Shown: piece after piece, positions 61,421 through 64,000 of the stretch
Numbering within the stretch: the stretch's first letter is position 1
Layout of the letters: each line of letters opens with the position of its first letter
Assembly (NCBI GenBank): GCA_963695345.1
Contig: OY968769.1
Span: forward strand, 1,440,001-1,504,000
Direction of reading: 5' to 3'
Length of the DNA stretch: 64,000 bases
Source: an uncultured Methanomassiliicoccales archaeon
GTDB lineage: Archaea > Thermoplasmatota > Thermoplasmata > Methanomassiliicoccales > UBA472
Notes under the pieces: generated by a model
The model's input: only the letters and a program-made list of their open reading frames with translations
Told to the model about the DNA's origin: nothing
Databases searched by the model: none
Program-made: the position numbers and the translations under genes

Positions 61421-61618
61421 AATATTCGAAAATATATTCTATATCCTGTTATTTAATGTGTTCAAGCACTACCTTGTCGCATGACGCGCATGTTCCGATC
61501 GGTCGGCGATGGGCGTGATGTCATAGGCTCCAGACAGGCAGTATTCTATTGTCCCGACATTATCAGCCAATAGAGTCAGGTCAAACCATTTATTACCCCA
61601 ATGGGCGGTCCTAACCCG

Positions 61619-62067
61619 ATGAACGACGCGATCAAGGAAGATCTCCTATTGAAATTCAAGCGATGGGCGATCTATTTCGTTATGATTTTGGTCGGTGTGG
61701 TCATCATCGCACTGCTATCGACCTTGACCTATCGATGTCTATAAGATGCTGACCGATCCGGACTATATCATCACCTCCAAGGCTGAGGTCCTGGCATTCA
61801 TCGGTATGTTCCTGCTGGTCATCATCAATTTCGAGCTTATCGATATTCTGTATCTTTATACCAAGACCCAGAAGATCCATGTCGAGGTCGTTCTGCTGGT
61901 CGGTCTGACCGCCGTGTCTCGGGAACTGATCGTGTTCAATTATGAGGATAACAATGGGGCATTGATAGCCGGTCTGGGTGTGCTTATCGCGGCCCTTTCT
62001 GTGGCCTATTTCCTAATCCGGAAGGTCTACAACGACTACGGGGTCAACGATCCACGAAAACGACTAG
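61619..62067 (+). CDS. Phosphate-starvation-inducible PsiE-like membrane protein; probable frameshifts near 61735 and 62050
   Basis: FLLVIINFELIDIL...HVEVVLLVGLTAVSRELIV is PsiE-like; the first TM helix lies in another frame from the ATG at 61619. The 3' end is uncertain. Confidence 0.6.
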
Positions 62068-62871
62068 GGGTTTCCCTTTGTCCTGAGGTCATAGACCGCA
62101 TCGGCCAGCTCGCCGATCTGCTCAGGCGTGATCGCTTCTACGCGGTCGTCCCTGTATGGCACCCGGTCCATCTGCTCCGGTCTTGACATATCCTTTCGAT
62201 CTCAGGATCGTCGATATCTTCTTGCGCCTCTGAAGGAACAGCACCTCAACCAGCTTATGGAACAGCCGTTCGTCCTTGACCTTGAAAGGCGGAGGTCTGG
62301 GCGTCAGCCGGATGACGGCGGAATCTACCTCCGGTTCAGGCCAGAAGCAGTGGCGGCCGACCTTCTCCATCATCTCAGCCTTGGCCCGATAGTAGACGCT
62401 CACCGAGAGGCGCGAATAGTCATCCGTGTCCGCCTTCGCCACCATCCTGTCGGCGAACTCCTTCTGCACCATGATGACCGCCATCTTGAATTCATGGTCC
62501 AGGAGCTTGAATATCAGGGGTGATGATATACTATAAGGGATGTTGGAGATGAAACGGTCGAAAATCGGCCATTTGGCATCAAGGGCATCGGACTCGATGA
62601 GCTCCACCGTCTTGAACTCCCTGCGGACATATGAGGCGATATCGTGGTCCAGCTCAATGGCGATCACTTTGTCCGCCTCCGGAACGAGGCGAGAAGTAAG
62701 AACGCCGAGGCCGGGACCTACTTCGAGCACCGTGTCCGTCCTTGAGATCTGAAGGTAATCGATCTCCCGGCTGGCGACGGTGTCGTCGACCAAGAAGTTC
62801 TGCCCTCGGGATTTCGAGGGGCTTACCCCGATTTGGGCCAGGATGTTCTTGACCTCGGTCGGGCGCACCAC
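62064..62871 (-). CDS. rsmA: 16S rRNA adenine dimethyltransferase KsgA/Dim1; frameshift near 62182
   Basis: GQNFLVD, LEVGPGLG, SNIPYSISSP and FWPEPEVDSAVI; the tail RVEAITPEQIGELADA is in a shifted frame. Confidence 0.92.
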
Positions 62872-62872
62872 A

Positions 62873-63421
62873 TCACTTCGACACGAAAAGATGGTACTTC
62901 TCAGCCGGGTTGGAAAGCTCCATCTCGATGCGCTTGGCAACGATCTTCTCCGGATGCTTTAGCGAAGGTACCCTGGTGGAGAGTTCCGCGAAGTCCTTGA
63001 ACTTGCCCTTCTTCCTCTCCTCGAGGACCGCCCACATGGTCTTCTTGCCCAGGCCAGGCAGGAGCTCCAGCATGTGATAGCGGGTGGTGATCGGCTGGGC
63101 CTCGTTGAAGAAGTTGATGAAACGGCCCTCTTCCAGCTTGACGATCTCCAGAACGACGAATGGAAGTTCGCTCTGGGCTCCGCCGGTGAGCTCCTCGTAG
63201 GAAACACGCCTCTTGACATGGAGGATCTTGTCGCGCTTTTCGCCTTCCTTGCCAATGTAGACCCGCTCGCCCATGTTGATGATGACGTTCGGCTTCGGCA
63301 CCAACTCGAAGAGCTTGAACTCCTGGCTACCTATTGCGTATGCGAGCGGCTCGCGGGCAAATCCCTTTTCTGAAGGGAGTCCCTGGGGTAGATAGTCGAG
63401 AATGTGCGCGTAGTCTTCCAA
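62873..63421 (-). CDS. DUF655 family protein (OB-fold + HhH)
   Basis: EDYAHILDYLP, FKLFEL and HMLELLPGLGKK; conserved rpl21e-rpoF-DUF655-ksgA order. Confidence 0.88.
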   Translation of the reverse strand: MEDYAHILDYLPQGLPSEKGFAREPLAYAIGSQEFKLFELVPKPNVIINMGERVYIGKEGEKRDKILHVKRRVSYEELTGGAQSELPFVVLEIVKLEEGRFINFFNEAQPITTRYHMLELLPGLGKKTMWAVLEERKKGKFKDFAELSTRVPSLKHPEKIVAKRIEMELSNPAEKYHLFVSK

Positions 63422-63435
63422 AGGTCACACCAACA

Positions 63436-63756
63436 TCATAGATACTTTTCCACTAATTTAAGAATCTGCTCGATCTGCTTCTTCTCGAGCACTATCCTTT
63501 CCTTAGCGAAAAGAACTCGGACGTCCTCTGGATGGGTCGGGACGATATCAGCGATCTTGACCGAGACCGTGTCTGGAACAAATGATAGGGCTTTCAGCTC
63601 GGCTACGAGCTCCCTTGCCTTGGCCGCGGGCAGCTTGGCGATCTTCGAGGCGTGATCGTAGGATATCCTCTGCTCAGGGGTGAAATCCCGGCCCTTGCTC
63701 TCTTGCTCCAAGTACTCCTTGACTTCGGCAAGAGCGATGTAGCGCTCTTCGGGCAT
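63436..63756 (-). CDS. rpo4: RNA polymerase subunit Rpo4 (RpoF)
   Basis: YIALAEVKEYL and VKIADIVP...DVRVLFAKER; gene context. Confidence 0.88.
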   Translation of the reverse strand: MPEERYIALAEVKEYLEQESKGRDFTPEQRISYDHASKIAKLPAAKARELVAELKALSFVPDTVSVKIADIVPTHPEDVRVLFAKERIVLEKKQIEQILKLVEKYL

Positions 63757-63769
63757 CGAGGTCACTTCC

Positions 63770-64000
63770 TCAGTTGACCTTCTTCAGGTGCTCAGGCCTG
63801 CAGATGACGGTCTTTACCTTGTCGCCATCTTTTACGTGGAGCACGAACGAATGTCCCTGGGGTCCGACAACGGTGCCAGTCTTTCCGTGGAAACGGAGGT
63901 GGGGTGCGCCCTTGTGGATGTTGGAGTCGATGAAGATGTTGGCCTTCTCACCGCTCTCGAACACCTGGAATTCGTGGGTGATCGGGGATAGTCCCCTGTT
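63770..64000 (-). CDS. rpl21e: 50S ribosomal protein L21e (5' end outside the window)
   Basis: HKGAPHLRFHGKTGTVVG and K.VICRPEHLK. Confidence 0.92.
   Translation of the reverse strand, partial: NRGLSPITHEFQVFESGEKANIFIDSNIHKGAPHLRFHGKTGTVVGPQGHSFVLHVKDGDKVKTVICRPEHLKKVN

Noticed and set aside
61505-61570. Possible fluoride riboswitch (GGCGATGG) upstream of the psiE-like gene
   Set aside because: It lacks the complementary TCGCC stem and the 3' conserved segment; only a weak hairpin is present.

Overview
GC-rich archaeal chromosomal segment. Gene content and order (SMC-ScpA-ScpB, aIF5A, Nop5, fibrillarin, Kae1, rps15, rpl15e, rpl21e, rpo4, PolB, Sm-like protein) point to Thermoplasmatota, most likely Methanomassiliicoccales; this taxonomy is an inference from protein style, not a database result. 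The window is mostly core housekeeping genes. It also holds a diacetamido-uronic-acid sugar cluster, an agmatine/polyamine and methylthioribose-salvage locus, an ABC importer with no binding protein in view, a ppk1-CHAD/HD-ppx polyphosphate cluster, a hybrid histidine kinase, and two tRNAs (intron-containing Val-GAC, and Leu-CAG). Highlights: (i) a 57-bp duplication of the tRNA-Leu 3' half brackets an integrase-less, single-gene mini-island of about 0.6 kb; (ii) a monocistronic 74-aa Lys-rich protein that is a candidate chromatin protein; (iii) an HTH regulator operon with two small paralogous proteins; (iv) a rifampin-phosphotransferase-like PEP-utiliser coupled to a lipocalin/cyclase-like gene; (v) structured 5' leaders of rpl15e and rps15; (vi) a possible fourth small ORF in the smc operon and an 18-bp palindrome at its promoter; (vii) a ThiI homologue lacking the PP-loop; (viii) a membrane-anchored papain-like/DUF2135 protein. 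At least 8 genes, including essential ones, carry small frameshifting indels that are most likely assembly errors. All family calls come from motif recognition by eye, with no searches run.
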